Positions 18,923-28,363 of a DNA stretch of 64,000 bases are shown here, piece by piece (position 1 is the first letter of the stretch; each line of letters begins with the position of its first letter). The position numbers and the translations under genes were made by a program. The stretch is from contig CBDIID010000003.1 of assembly GCA_965279515.1 (NCBI GenBank), positions 672,001 to 736,000 on the forward strand, in the 5' to 3' direction. The DNA comes from Turneriella sp. (GTDB lineage Bacteria; Spirochaetota; Leptospiria; Turneriellales; Turneriellaceae). The notes under the pieces were generated by a model. That model saw nothing but the letters and a program-made list of their open reading frames with translations, was not told the DNA's origin and searched no databases.

Positions 18923-19480
18923 TTATTGAAAGGGAATGCGACGTAAAATTTTCAGGTCATCGATATAAAGAGTCACGCCATCCACTATGGTATGAACATG
19001 CCCTGTCTTGCCATTCGATGGAAAGCCTTTCTTGGCAGCTACACGGAAACTTAATGCGAATCTGTCATAACCCATCTCTTGCACTGCTTCCAGCACTCGG
19101 TCACGGTTCCGGTCATGCATAAGATCAAGCCCGAAAGTGATCGGGAGTTCCGATATCATGCCATCCTCGCCGGCTTCTTGAAGCTCGGGCAGCTTGCATT
19201 CTAATTCCACATCATAGGTCGGGCCTTTCCTACCAACACATCCTTCAGGCGGGGAATACCAGACTCCGGGTTTGAAGTGCCTGGCTCGAAATTGCTCGGC
19301 GGATTCCCAGAGCTTTTGCGACTTTATTGTCTTACCCTCATTTGAAAGTTGTGAATAAGTTTCTTTGTCTTCAAGCAGCCGTTTGAAGAAATCGACTCCA
19401 AAGACTTGCGCCGTTGGCTTTGCGTACAAAGCAATGACGGCGATGGAAATAAACGTGAGTGACAGGGAGTGCCGACTCAC
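18923..19480 (-). CDS. Hypothetical exported protein
   Basis: GTG start overlaps the upstream TGA; N-terminal hydrophobic signal-like stretch. Confidence 0.6.
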   Translation of the reverse strand: MSRHSLSLTFISIAVIALYAKPTAQVFGVDFFKRLLEDKETYSQLSNEGKTIKSQKLWESAEQFRARHFKPGVWYSPPEGCVGRKGPTYDVELECKLPELQEAGEDGMISELPITFGLDLMHDRNRDRVLEAVQEMGYDRFALSFRVAAKKGFPSNGKTGHVHTIVDGVTLYIDDLKILRRIPFQ

Positions 19481-20061
19481 TTTGGGCTCGTCAACTGCTG
19501 CTGTAGATATTCGCACCCTGTAGTCGTTGTTGCGTAGTAGAGGTTCGTTCGCATCTCAGGGGCACCCTGGCAGTTTATCTCTAAAACATCGGTGTCTACT
19601 AAGCGTTCTTTGCATTCGGGAAATTGCAGGATAACATTCCAGGGACTCATGTTTGAACCACCTACATTCGCAGCATCAACACAGGTGTTACTCTTAGGGG
19701 AGAAAGCGAACCACCGATCTTTCAAAAGCCGGAATGTTCGGATGTTCTTCTGGCAGGTACCCTTGGAAGAAGCGAAGACGTAGATTCCGTTCCATTCTGC
19801 AGTAGCTTGATTCGGGCAGTCGATTGCTACGACACCGGTTTTGAGGTCATTCACAACAAAAGAACAGCCTGTTGTCCCGGCAGAGGTACCGATGACGAGG
19901 TGATTGACTTCACCTCGCTGGGCTTTCGTTGCCGCAACGCATTTGCCATCGGCAAAGAAATGCCAAGGAGCAGCCTGTGCCGAAATCTCGGAAACGCTTA
20001 GCGCGATCATGCCTAGGCCGAAGACAAAGGTCAAAGACGTTGTGCGCTTACTTCTTAACAT
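19477..20061 (-). CDS. Secreted Cys-rich protein with an internal two-fold repeat
   Basis: Signal peptide ending ISA-QA; two ~75-aa units, each with four Cys. Confidence 0.65.
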   Translation of the reverse strand: MLRSKRTTSLTFVFGLGMIALSVSEISAQAAPWHFFADGKCVAATKAQRGEVNHLVIGTSAGTTGCSFVVNDLKTGVVAIDCPNQATAEWNGIYVFASSKGTCQKNIRTFRLLKDRWFAFSPKSNTCVDAANVGGSNMSPWNVILQFPECKERLVDTDVLEINCQGAPEMRTNLYYATTTTGCEYLQQQLTSPK

Positions 20062-20431
20062 ACGTACCCTCGAACCAGCCGAATCCCTTGATAGTTTTAT
20101 CGTCCGCCTTCTCAAAGCGGACTTCACCTTGTCTCGGGTCCTTAATGTAATAACTGTTTCCGCGTTTTGTGTACTCAAAACAGCCTGCTTCAGCATTTTT
20201 AGAGAGGCCCATGCCCGAGGCGGTGATGCAAGCTCGGCCGTCGCGAAAGTCGATTGCTGCGATAAGGCAGCGACCGCAAGTATACTTGCCGGAAAAATCT
20301 GCGCGGCTACATGCTACGCTGAGCAGCATGGACAGAAGTCCCAGGAGCCTGATCGATGCCCAAAAGACGCACTTCGTCTTCAAGCTGAGTTTACGTTGGG
20401 TAGGTGAATAATCTAGTAGGATGGTTTTCAT
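20048..20431 (-). CDS. Putative lipoprotein
   Basis: Hydrophobic stretch ending LLSVA-C; first gene of the operon divergent from the XRE regulator. Confidence 0.55.
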   Translation of the reverse strand: MKTILLDYSPTQRKLSLKTKCVFWASIRLLGLLSMLLSVACSRADFSGKYTCGRCLIAAIDFRDGRACITASGMGLSKNAEAGCFEYTKRGNSYYIKDPRQGEVRFEKADDKTIKGFGWFEGTYVKK

Positions 20432-20434
20432 ATT

Positions 20435-20487
20435 GTACCTATCATAACGAGTACCTATTTCGTCAAGGTGGTTTTATTGTAGGTACT
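20435..20487. promoter_or_regulatory. Candidate operator array between divergent genes
   Basis: GTACCTAT at 20435 and 20451, plus the inverted copy TAGGTACT at 20480-20487. Confidence 0.55.
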
Positions 20488-20501
20488 GTGTATAAACAGG
20501 G

Positions 20502-20756
20502 ATGAAAGAGAAGCCCAACCTTGAGCGTGAGTTTGAAGCCTTCCTAAAAACCTTTGGCAAGAAAGTAAAAGAAGTCAGAACACAGAAGCAACGTACTCAG
20601 GAATGGATGGACGATAAACAGGACTTTGGAATCGATATCAAGCACTTCCAGAGCATCGAACAGGGTAGATCGAATGTCACCTTGCGAACGATATTCAAGG
20701 TCTGTCGAAAGCTAGGTGTTCAACCCTCTGATTTGTTTAAGGGGGTTTCTGTCTAG
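20502..20756 (+). CDS. XRE-family helix-turn-helix regulator
   Basis: FGKKVKEVR...TQE...IEQGRSNVTLRTIFKVCRKLGV. Confidence 0.9.
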   Translation: MKEKPNLEREFEAFLKTFGKKVKEVRTQKQRTQEWMDDKQDFGIDIKHFQSIEQGRSNVTLRTIFKVCRKLGVQPSDLFKGVSV

Positions 20757-20771
20757 CTATTGCGGTAGACA

Positions 20772-20787
20772 GGAGCCCGAAGGCTCC
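20772..20787 (+). terminator. Hairpin after the XRE gene
   Basis: GGAGCC-CGAA-GGCTCC stem-loop with a weak U-tract. Confidence 0.4.
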
Positions 20788-21206
20788 CTCGTCCTCATTG
20801 TTTGCCCTGTAGGCCGGTGCTGCCGCGGTATTTCACTGGCGAGTGAATATTGTGCATCGGATGGCGAACCCATCCGTAGCTGCCTGAGTATGGTTGGTGT
20901 ATAGGTGTGGGGGGGGGAAGAAGAAAGCTCTAACTATATTAGCTGCTTTATCTTGTTTTGTTTTTATGGTTAAGGGTGCGACCCTTCGAGTGCTGGGATT
21001 TCCCCAACACCGAATTAGACACTCCGCAGACATAACAAGGCGAGGATGCTTGTTAGGTCTACGGAGGATCGAGTTCATGTTCATTCTAATGAACAAATAC
21101 AAGTACGCCTACCCAGGCTTCGAGAAACAGGGCAGAGCAGACTGTTTTGTCAAAATCAAATAATAGGCGTGGTCAGTGAGGTCACTGTGGTCATTTCTTT
21201 TTCCAG

Positions 21207-21650
21207 TTATGGGTACTGCATCTCCCATAGAAAACGAATCTGCCTAGCCTGCAGTTCATCCTGCCATTCCCTCAGGGTCTTCAGCCGTCTCCGAGGTTTT
21301 GGTGGGCTTAAGACCACTCGTACGAACCGGCTATCCAACGCTGATAGTTCTTCCAGCGCATTTCCACATAAAATTATGAAAGTCGACCCCTGAAAAATCA
21401 ACCTGTCCACGATAGGTAGCAACAAACCACATTCCGCATTTGATAGCTCGCTCACGTGCCAAATGAGGATCCGTGGAGGCACGAAAAATGAGCTCCCATG
21501 TGACATCTCAAGTACAAAGTCTTGCGAATTCCAATTACAAAATACGGTTTCTTCACCAAAATAATTTGGCTCCATATGCCCAAGAGTCAACCGCTTCCTT
21601 CGAATAAAGCGCCGGAGTTCGGACCGAGTTCCAAACGCTAGATAATTCAT
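21207..21650 (-). CDS. Degenerate AAA+ clamp-loader-like small protein
   Basis: RILIWHVSELS..ECGLLL..VD / TFIILCGN / ALDSRFVRVVL parallels the Walker B-sensor 1-SRC region of DnaX/HolB; ATGA overlap with the reconstructed dnaX-like gene. Confidence 0.5.
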   Translation of the reverse strand: MNYLAFGTRSELRRFIRRKRLTLGHMEPNYFGEETVFCNWNSQDFVLEMSHGSSFFVPPRILIWHVSELSNAECGLLLPIVDRLIFQGSTFIILCGNALEELSALDSRFVRVVLSPPKPRRRLKTLREWQDELQARQIRFLWEMQYP

Positions 21651-21792
21651 TGACGCAACCGACTTTGCCTCGATTTCCTTGACGGCAATCGATGGATATG
21701 GATATCAATCCGGGGAAATAGGTTGTGCTCGATTTCAGGATCACTTAACCGGTGAGATAGATTCATAAGTGCCATAAGGATCGAATCTCTAG

Positions 21793-23033
21793 CAGGGTGT
21801 TGAAAAACGCATAGAATCGGGTATCCGTTCAAACCATAAATACGATTGGACGGGCACGTATTTTGCGCCTTGCCACCTTCGCTTCTGGGCGCAACGGGCT
21901 CATAGCTTGCCAGCCAAAATAACCAGATTGGCTGCCGCCATCGTGAATATGAAATGAAAGCCAACCTTAGCTTTGCCGCAGTAGCGTGTTTTACGGATAC
22001 CACCGATGGTTTTGCCCCAGCCAAATAATTCTTCAATCCGTTTGCGAACGCGTTGGCTGATTGCATAGCCGGTACTTCGCGCCGTTCGGCGATCAAGGCC
22101 TGGTGTTTTTCGTGTTTCAATCATGGCGATGTGCGGTTTTATCTTCAATGACCTGAGCGATGCTACCATGTCTTTCGTATGGTAGCCTTTGTCTGCACCC
22201 AATGTTCGCGGCTTGATTTTGCGCTTGCGGAGATTCTTTAATAGAGCAAGCAAGCCACGGCGTTCTGCTTTGCCATCAGCAGCCTCCAGGTTTGCCGCAA
22301 CACAAAGACCGGTACGATTTTCCATGACGACATTACCGCAGTAAGACAGCTTTGCTTCTTTGCCGGGGCCCTTGCGTGCAAGCATGGATTCGGGATCAGT
22401 AGTACTGGCATGTGTTTCATTGCTGCGTTTTTCATCGTGAAAATTCACGATCGGATTGCGACTGGTGTCTATTGGCTTTTCGCGTTTTACGTCTGCATCT
22501 TTTTGTTTCGGCTTAAAGCTTTTAAGCGATGCCCATGCTTCGATCAATGTGCCGTCAGCGGTGAAGTGTTCATCAGAGACCAGATTCTTGCTTTGCGCAA
22601 AACGAACGACCTGCGCCAGAAAGCTATTTGCGATTTCCTGATTGAGGAGGCGTTCGCGGTTTTTGGCAAAAGTACTGTGATTCGGAACAGGATCATTCGG
22701 CATCAGATCAAGAAACCAGCGGAAGAGAAAATTGTAGCTGAGTTGTTCACAAAGCTGGCGCTCCGAACGAATCGAATAAAAAGCGATCAGAAGCGATGCC
22801 TTCAGCAAAAACTCCGGCGGTATCGAGGGTCTGCCAGCATCGGCGTACATCTTATCAAGTGCTCCATCCAGTTTGCCGAGCACGTCATCGGCCATAGTCT
22901 TGATTTTACGCAATGGATGCGACGGCGGAATCAGATCTTCCGCAGAGAAATTGTAGAGAAAATTCATCTGAGCTTTTTGGTCACCGCGCATTGGCTCAAT
23001 ATAATCAAAATTAAGGACTTCTTCAACACCCTG
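21793..23033 (-). mobile_element. IS5-family insertion sequence, 1241 bp
   Basis: Terminal inverted repeats CAGGGTGTTGAA(A/G)AA; CTAG target duplication at 21789-21792 and 23034-23037. Confidence 0.92.
21900..22991 (-). CDS. IS5-family DDE transposase
   Basis: GRPSIPPE, SERQLCEQL, DGTLIEAWAS, ADKGY and RKRIEELFGW motifs. Confidence 0.93.
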   Translation of the reverse strand: MRGDQKAQMNFLYNFSAEDLIPPSHPLRKIKTMADDVLGKLDGALDKMYADAGRPSIPPEFLLKASLLIAFYSIRSERQLCEQLSYNFLFRWFLDLMPNDPVPNHSTFAKNRERLLNQEIANSFLAQVVRFAQSKNLVSDEHFTADGTLIEAWASLKSFKPKQKDADVKREKPIDTSRNPIVNFHDEKRSNETHASTTDPESMLARKGPGKEAKLSYCGNVVMENRTGLCVAANLEAADGKAERRGLLALLKNLRKRKIKPRTLGADKGYHTKDMVASLRSLKIKPHIAMIETRKTPGLDRRTARSTGYAISQRVRKRIEELFGWGKTIGGIRKTRYCGKAKVGFHFIFTMAAANLVILAGKL

Positions 23034-24115
23034 CTAGTTACGGCTGCTTGGAAATCGGTAAGCTTGAGTACGGCAGCCATGTGAGCAACATGTTTAAGCG
23101 GAATGCGACTTCGCGTGTCGAGATAAGCATTCTTAGAATTAAGATTACCGTAAGAAACTTGTCTCTCAGTTAGATAACTTCGATACAGATTCAATAATGT
23201 GCGTGTCAGATTCTGCGCAAACTTTTGCGGCGGCGATTTAAGTAGCCACTTGCATGCACATTCATCTAGCCCTTCTGTGTCGTTGCCGATCATTGTTATC
23301 ATTTGCAAGTAGTCAGTATCTGTAGGGATCCCGAAGACTTCAGTAAGCAGCCGTCCATCTATCTCCCTATCTCCGCTCAGACTGACGGCATACTCTAGGT
23401 GGTTTAGAGCGGAGCGCATGTCGCCATCTCCGTGATTACACAAATACCATAAAGCATCATCAGTCGCTTGGATTTTTTCACTTTGGCAGATTTCTCGTAA
23501 GTGTTCGATTACTGTGGCATGAGAAATCGGATCAAACTCGATATTAATACATCGCTTTCGTAAAGACGGATCTACACCCCGGCGCTTGTCCGGCGTCGTA
23601 GCGAATACAACAGTAATGCGTTTTGTGCTAAAATGGTTTTCGATACCCAGTACCTGATTCCGGAATTTTGCTTCCTTTTCAGCATCAATAAAATCGTCAT
23701 AAAAGCGAAGAAAAGCGCCCTGTTGCCGAATCGGTAGATTTCCAATCTCATCAAATACAAGAACCTTATGATGGCCGGATTTCGGTAAGTTAACGAATTC
23801 TAAGGCGGACTCTATTTCTTCCACGCTTGTATTTGCGCAGTTTACATATGCATAATACTCCTTCGGGTAAGTGTCGAAATCCAAACACTTGGGACATACG
23901 CAGCAAGCATCCCTTTCATTTTCAAATTCGATGCAATTAACAGCCTTCGAAATAATTGAAGCTGCTGAAGATTTGCCAGTACCTGAAGGTCCAACGAATT
24001 GAAAAAATTCGATGCTACTTCTATGGAGATTGTTCTGAATAGCCAAAATCGCCCGGCCTTGACCTAATATTTCCCCAAGCTTTCGGGGGCTGTATTTTGT
24101 TACATATGACATGGC

Positions 24116-25279
24116 TTAACCCCAACGGAGTTGATCATGGATGCGATTTGCGCGTTCCTTTTCTGACAATAGAAACCGACTAAGCTGCTTTCGATACTCT
24201 GGTTTTAGGTCCATATGATTAAAGAAGCGTCGCTTCGGGCGAGCATCCCCCTTTTTCCATTCGGGCGGCCTCTCATTTTTGCGCAGCCCAATGGAAGTCG
24301 TGTGTCTGTTTTCACGGCCCATTTGCTCGCCGAAGTCTTCCACATCAAGAGGTATGCGGTGATGGTGTTTTTCACAAAACGCACAATAGAAAGCGTATAG
24401 ATCATTGTTCAATATTCGCAATTTAGGGCCATGCATACAGGCCTCATCGATAAAATGTGCTAACAGGTTATTTTTCAGCTCCCATTGCTGTAATTCGGCC
24501 TCGAACCAGTCAAAATCGATAGTATGGTCATAGCCCGGGTCGCGATCCCACTTTAGCCATGCGATGAATTTGCGGATCTCTGACGGGGACGTGACAAGAG
24601 TCTTCAGCAAACTTAGTTGCCCCGTGCTGATTTTCTCGGATCGAAATTGAAATGGTAAAATTACGTCACGCAATGAATCCGAGTACGGCAGATCCCGGTA
24701 GTCTGAATCAGCGTAGGTGATTAGCACGGACTTTCTTTTTGCACTGGCATAAGATTGGTTTAGGGATGTTGAAATGCGGTCACTAAGCGTCAGATTCATG
24801 AATAGTCGCAGGGTAGCCATTGATACAGGGTTGCGTAGAGGTACTTGGATAATCTTGTGCTTTCTTAGATTTTGAACTCCACGCCGATTTAGTTGATTTA
24901 TTGATAATTGACCGGGGTCAATAAAGTCCATCACGGCATTTTTTCCCGCGTGCGTAATAACTGCGCGAAGCAGCGAAGCTAATGGCTCGCCAAACACATA
25001 CAGTATTTTCTGAATCGGCACTCCATAGTGAAAGATGGCCCCTAGGGTTAAGCGCAAAGCTTCGCGAAATGCTTTCTTTTCACGAATACCCTGTCGAGGA
25101 CAGTACTTTATGCATTCTGATGCGATTAGGGGAAGATCCCGCGGCTTCAGTTGTCGGAACCGTTCTGAATCGAAACTGGCATTGGAATAAATTGAATGAT
25201 TCTGGATGTCGCTGTTGTCCATAAGTCTCCTTGAAATATTTTGTGTGTTAGAGGCTGGTTGATATTGCTGCTTGCACAC
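24116..25279 (-). CDS. Degenerate P4-primase/D5-family (SF3) helicase-like protein with C-terminal winged helix; start uncertain
   Basis: QKILYVFGEPLASLL occupies the Walker A position with no GKS. C-terminal FIDEAC...DLYAFYCAFC...FGEQM is typical of primase_Cterm winged helices. Confidence 0.55.
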   Translation of the reverse strand: MCKQQYQPASNTQNISRRLMDNSDIQNHSIYSNASFDSERFRQLKPRDLPLIASECIKYCPRQGIREKKAFREALRLTLGAIFHYGVPIQKILYVFGEPLASLLRAVITHAGKNAVMDFIDPGQLSINQLNRRGVQNLRKHKIIQVPLRNPVSMATLRLFMNLTLSDRISTSLNQSYASAKRKSVLITYADSDYRDLPYSDSLRDVILPFQFRSEKISTGQLSLLKTLVTSPSEIRKFIAWLKWDRDPGYDHTIDFDWFEAELQQWELKNNLLAHFIDEACMHGPKLRILNNDLYAFYCAFCEKHHHRIPLDVEDFGEQMGRENRHTTSIGLRKNERPPEWKKGDARPKRRFFNHMDLKPEYRKQLSRFLLSEKERANRIHDQLRWG

Positions 25280-25573
25280 CTAATGGTCGCCATCGAATTT
25301 TGAAACACGCGCCCTCACTAAACCAATTTAATCAGGGTTTCTTTTTCCGGCAAGTGAGGCAAAACGCCAGAAACTTCCCCTGTAGCATCGACAGGTCGAT
25401 GAATTAAGAGGATTTTTTGCGTAGAAAAAAAGTTCAGATTTTCGAGACGAAATGCGAAAAAATGTCTGTTTGTGCGATCACTCGGTTCAGAGCTAGCTTG
25501 CATTCGCAAAAAAAAAGTTGATTTTGTCGCTTTTGAGTTACGAAAAATCGCCTCTCAGTTGTATTATATAGGC

Positions 25574-25801
25574 ATGAAACCATGCCTATATAATACAACA
25601 ACTCCCGATTCGGGCATCTCTCTCGAGAGCGACACGCTTAACCATTGGGCTGAAATGGTAGTTTCCTTGATAGAGTCGAGCCAACTCATGCCTAGTCCCC
25701 CCTTCGAGGAATCACCATTCTTCGGCATAGTGGAGGCGAAGCTTCGATTTGACATTACAGGGAATCCGTACATTCTATGGATCAAGCGAGGACGCGTATG
25801 A
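25574..25801 (+). CDS. Small hypothetical protein coupled to the recombinase
   Basis: ATG at 25574; its TGA overlaps the recombinase ATG (ATGA, 25798-25801). Confidence 0.55.
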   Translation: MKPCLYNTTTPDSGISLESDTLNHWAEMVVSLIESSQLMPSPPFEESPFFGIVEAKLRFDITGNPYILWIKRGRV

Positions 25802-27465
25802 TAAAGAAGACATTTGTTGCTGCCGTCTATCTTCGGGTTTCAACGAAAAAACAGGCTGATACCGGCACTGCGATATCTGGTCAAAGAAAGGCAATCGTCG
25901 ACTTTCTTGCTCGAGAGAAAATTCAGGCATACAAATTCTATGTCGACGAAGGTTTGAGTGGAACCAACACGAAGCGACCTGCATTGCAGAGGCTTTTAAG
26001 CGATGCAGAGCAACCGGATGCTCCGTTTAATATGGTAATATTTTGGGATGTCTCGAGACTCGATCGGTCACTGAGGAATTGGGTCAATCATATCTATAGT
26101 TTGCGCGACCTTGGGATATCGATACGAACGGTAGACGCTAATCTAAATCTGGATGACCCGACTCATGAGCTCGTGGCGCTTCTCAGCGGTTATCAGGCAG
26201 AACAATTTTCCATTACTCTGAGTAAGAATACGAGACGCGGCATGAATGAGACCATCAGACAAGGGTTCTATACTTACGGAAAACCTCCATTCGGATATGA
26301 TATCAAAAAAGTAGCTTATTCTGGGACAATGAAAAACAAGCTGATCTTAAATGAAGATGAGGCTAAATTGGTTGAGAAAATGTTTGCTTTAACGGTTACC
26401 AATGATCTTGGCGCGAAGAAGATTGCAGCCAGTCTGAATGGCCAAGGATATAGACATCGGAATGGGAAACAATTCAATTTCAAGACCATACTCAAGATCT
26501 TACGCAATGAGGTTTATACCGGTAGCCTCATCGGTGATAAAACGAGATTTTTGAATGGCCGGCGAGTAGAAAATGAACCGGAAAACAGGGTTGTGCACCC
26601 GAATGCTCACCACGCAATCATAGATAAAAGGACTTATAAGAAAGCTCAAGAACGGATTGATGGCCGGCATAATGGAAAGTACAATTCCAGAACCGCCAAC
26701 AGCCAATTTCTTTTTACAGGCATAGCCTTCTGCGGTATTTGCGGCTTACCCATGTTCAGTACACATGGCAGAGCAAAGAATAAATCAACCCATTTCTACT
26801 ATGCATGCAAAGGACGTATAACACAGAAATCATGTTCTCTACGGAATTTTCGGCAACCAATGCTCGATGCACTTCTTCTAACCGTTATTGAAACGGAAAT
26901 CCTGGCCAAAACCAACCTTGAATCGGTAGTAAAAAAAGTTAATATGGCCATGGGTAAACGCACTCAACTTATGACAGAACAGGTAACTGCGATGAGCAAA
27001 GAGATTGGTGTATTGAAGCAAAAAATGGAGCGCATTACTAACCTGTTAATCACCCATAACGACAGTGACGCTGATGTTCTTCTACCGAAGTTAAACGAAC
27101 TCGATAGGGAAAAGGTAGCTCTGGAAATTCAGCAGCGAAGCATAAATGATTCCCGTTTTCAACCGGTCGTGGTTAGAAACCTCGATCAGCTGTTGGGAAA
27201 TCTCAAACTCTTGCTTACATCAGTGGACCTTCCAAAACGAAAGGCCTTTGTTTCGGCGTTCATAAGCAAAGTAGAGATCTTTGAAGATAAGGCGGTCTTG
27301 CATTACAAGAATCCGTTGGATCCGGCACGAAACAGGTTCATCGCGCCGTTTGCTGAGGCATTGACAACAATGCCCAAAAAGTCATTGGAGCTCTCCAAGG
27401 GTGGGGTTCACCTTTGGGTCTCCTATGCGTCCCCTAGGGGAATCGAACCCCTGTTGCGGGAATGA
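25798..27465 (+). CDS. Large serine recombinase (integrase)
   Basis: YLRVST..Q, D.GLSGT...RPAL, SRLDR, PPFGY, ILRNEVYTG, Zn ribbon CGICG...YYAC and a coiled coil. Confidence 0.93.
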   Translation: MIKKTFVAAVYLRVSTKKQADTGTAISGQRKAIVDFLAREKIQAYKFYVDEGLSGTNTKRPALQRLLSDAEQPDAPFNMVIFWDVSRLDRSLRNWVNHIYSLRDLGISIRTVDANLNLDDPTHELVALLSGYQAEQFSITLSKNTRRGMNETIRQGFYTYGKPPFGYDIKKVAYSGTMKNKLILNEDEAKLVEKMFALTVTNDLGAKKIAASLNGQGYRHRNGKQFNFKTILKILRNEVYTGSLIGDKTRFLNGRRVENEPENRVVHPNAHHAIIDKRTYKKAQERIDGRHNGKYNSRTANSQFLFTGIAFCGICGLPMFSTHGRAKNKSTHFYYACKGRITQKSCSLRNFRQPMLDALLLTVIETEILAKTNLESVVKKVNMAMGKRTQLMTEQVTAMSKEIGVLKQKMERITNLLITHNDSDADVLLPKLNELDREKVALEIQQRSINDSRFQPVVVRNLDQLLGNLKLLLTSVDLPKRKAFVSAFISKVEIFEDKAVLHYKNPLDPARNRFIAPFAEALTTMPKKSLELSKGGVHLWVSYASPRGIEPLLRE

Positions 27466-27499
27466 AAATCCCGAGTCCTAACCGCTAGACGAAGGGGAC
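27428..27499 (-). tRNA. tRNA-Glu(TTC)
   Basis: Cloverleaf GTCCCCT...AGGGGAC-G, anticodon arm CGGGA-TTTTCAT-TCCCG, T-loop GTTCGATTC; CCA not encoded. Confidence 0.95.
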
Positions 27500-27536
27500 T
27501 AATCCTTCTAACCGACACCTTGCGGCACCGGCCCTG

Positions 27537-27609
27537 TGAGAAGCCCGGGAATCGAACCCGGGACCCACTCCTTAAAAGGGAGTTGCTCTACCGACTGAGC
27601 TAGCTTCTC
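27537..27609 (-). tRNA. tRNA-Lys(TTT)
   Basis: GAGAAGC...GCTTCTC-A acceptor stem, ACTCC-CTTTTAA-GGAGT anticodon arm and GTTCGATTC T-loop. Confidence 0.95.
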
Positions 27610-27723
27610 GTAACACACAACGTGTTCGACATTTCCGCTGCGCGTCGCCCAGCTTCGCTGGCTGGAGGGCGTCTTTGCGGAAATGTATGCCCACAGGGCG
27701 TTTAGGCGAATCCGGCGTTTTAG

Positions 27724-28320
27724 TCAGAGCGTCAATTTTTTTGGTACATCATTGCTCGTTGTTTCGCCCACAAACCGCCAGAGCCGGGCCGTGTTCCTGG
27801 CGTCGCTGAGCGCCGAATGCGCCCTGCCCTCGAATTTGAAGCCAACCTGCGTCAGCGTGGCCTCAAGCCCCATGCGCGTCAGCAGCTTCTGCTTCTTAAA
27901 GAAGAGATTTTTAAAATCGAGAAATCCATCGGGCAGGTTATACTGGATGGTATGGCGGCGGCAATCCAGCACCAGTTGCTTTTTGTCAAAATGTCCCCAG
28001 CTAAAGATAAACACGTCCTCAAAACCGGCAATCCACGCGGTAAACCGCGCAAAGACATGCGGAAAAAAGGCTGCGGCATCGACCTGCGCCTGGGTGATGC
28101 CGGTCAGTTCAGTGCAAAAATCCGTAAGGCGGGTATACAGAACAGGGCGGATGTACTCCTGAAACTCGGCGATGCGCTCGTGCGTTCGGCCATCGATCAT
28201 GACCGCACCGATTTCAATCGTCTCGCGCTCGGCGCGCGCGATGCCGTTATCCAGCGCGCAGGTGGCTTCGAGGTCGAGAAACAGATAATGCCGGTGCGCT
28301 TTCCAGTTCTTATTTGCCAC
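27724..28320 (-). CDS. DEDDh 3'-5' exonuclease (ERI1/KapD-like)
   Basis: DLEATC, IEIGAV, LTGITQ and HSALSDA motifs. Confidence 0.9.
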   Translation of the reverse strand: MANKNWKAHRHYLFLDLEATCALDNGIARAERETIEIGAVMIDGRTHERIAEFQEYIRPVLYTRLTDFCTELTGITQAQVDAAAFFPHVFARFTAWIAGFEDVFIFSWGHFDKKQLVLDCRRHTIQYNLPDGFLDFKNLFFKKQKLLTRMGLEATLTQVGFKFEGRAHSALSDARNTARLWRFVGETTSNDVPKKLTL

Positions 28321-28363
28321 AGTTTTGCCTTTTCAGGGCATAGCGTGGACCGCCTCTGCCGCC

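Larger units (their letters stand above)
21647..24112 (-). pseudogene. dnaX: DnaX-like (Pol III gamma/tau) clamp-loader ATPase interrupted near its 3' end by IS5 (reconstructed 406 aa)
   Basis: KYSP...EILGQ, GPSGTGKS, Cys cluster, VFDE, LRKRC and GDMRSAL motifs. Removing the IS and one CTAG joins AAVT to RDSILMAL in frame, ending at the stop at 21647. Confidence 0.8.
1..27465. mobile_element. Genomic island/integrative element (left end outside window) inserted at the 3' end of tRNA-Glu
   Basis: A large serine recombinase abuts and overlaps tRNA-Glu. Cargo is defence, phage-like and IS genes, and housekeeping genes start right after the tRNAs. No second copy of the tRNA 3' end was seen in the window. 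Confidence 0.85.

Noticed and set aside
20800..21200. Short overlapping ORFs and a G9 tract downstream of the XRE gene
   Set aside because: No motif support on either strand, so I cannot call a gene or a phase-variation site.
21647..22120. 157-aa ORF
   Set aside because: It is a chimera of off-frame IS sequence and the displaced dnaX-like tail.
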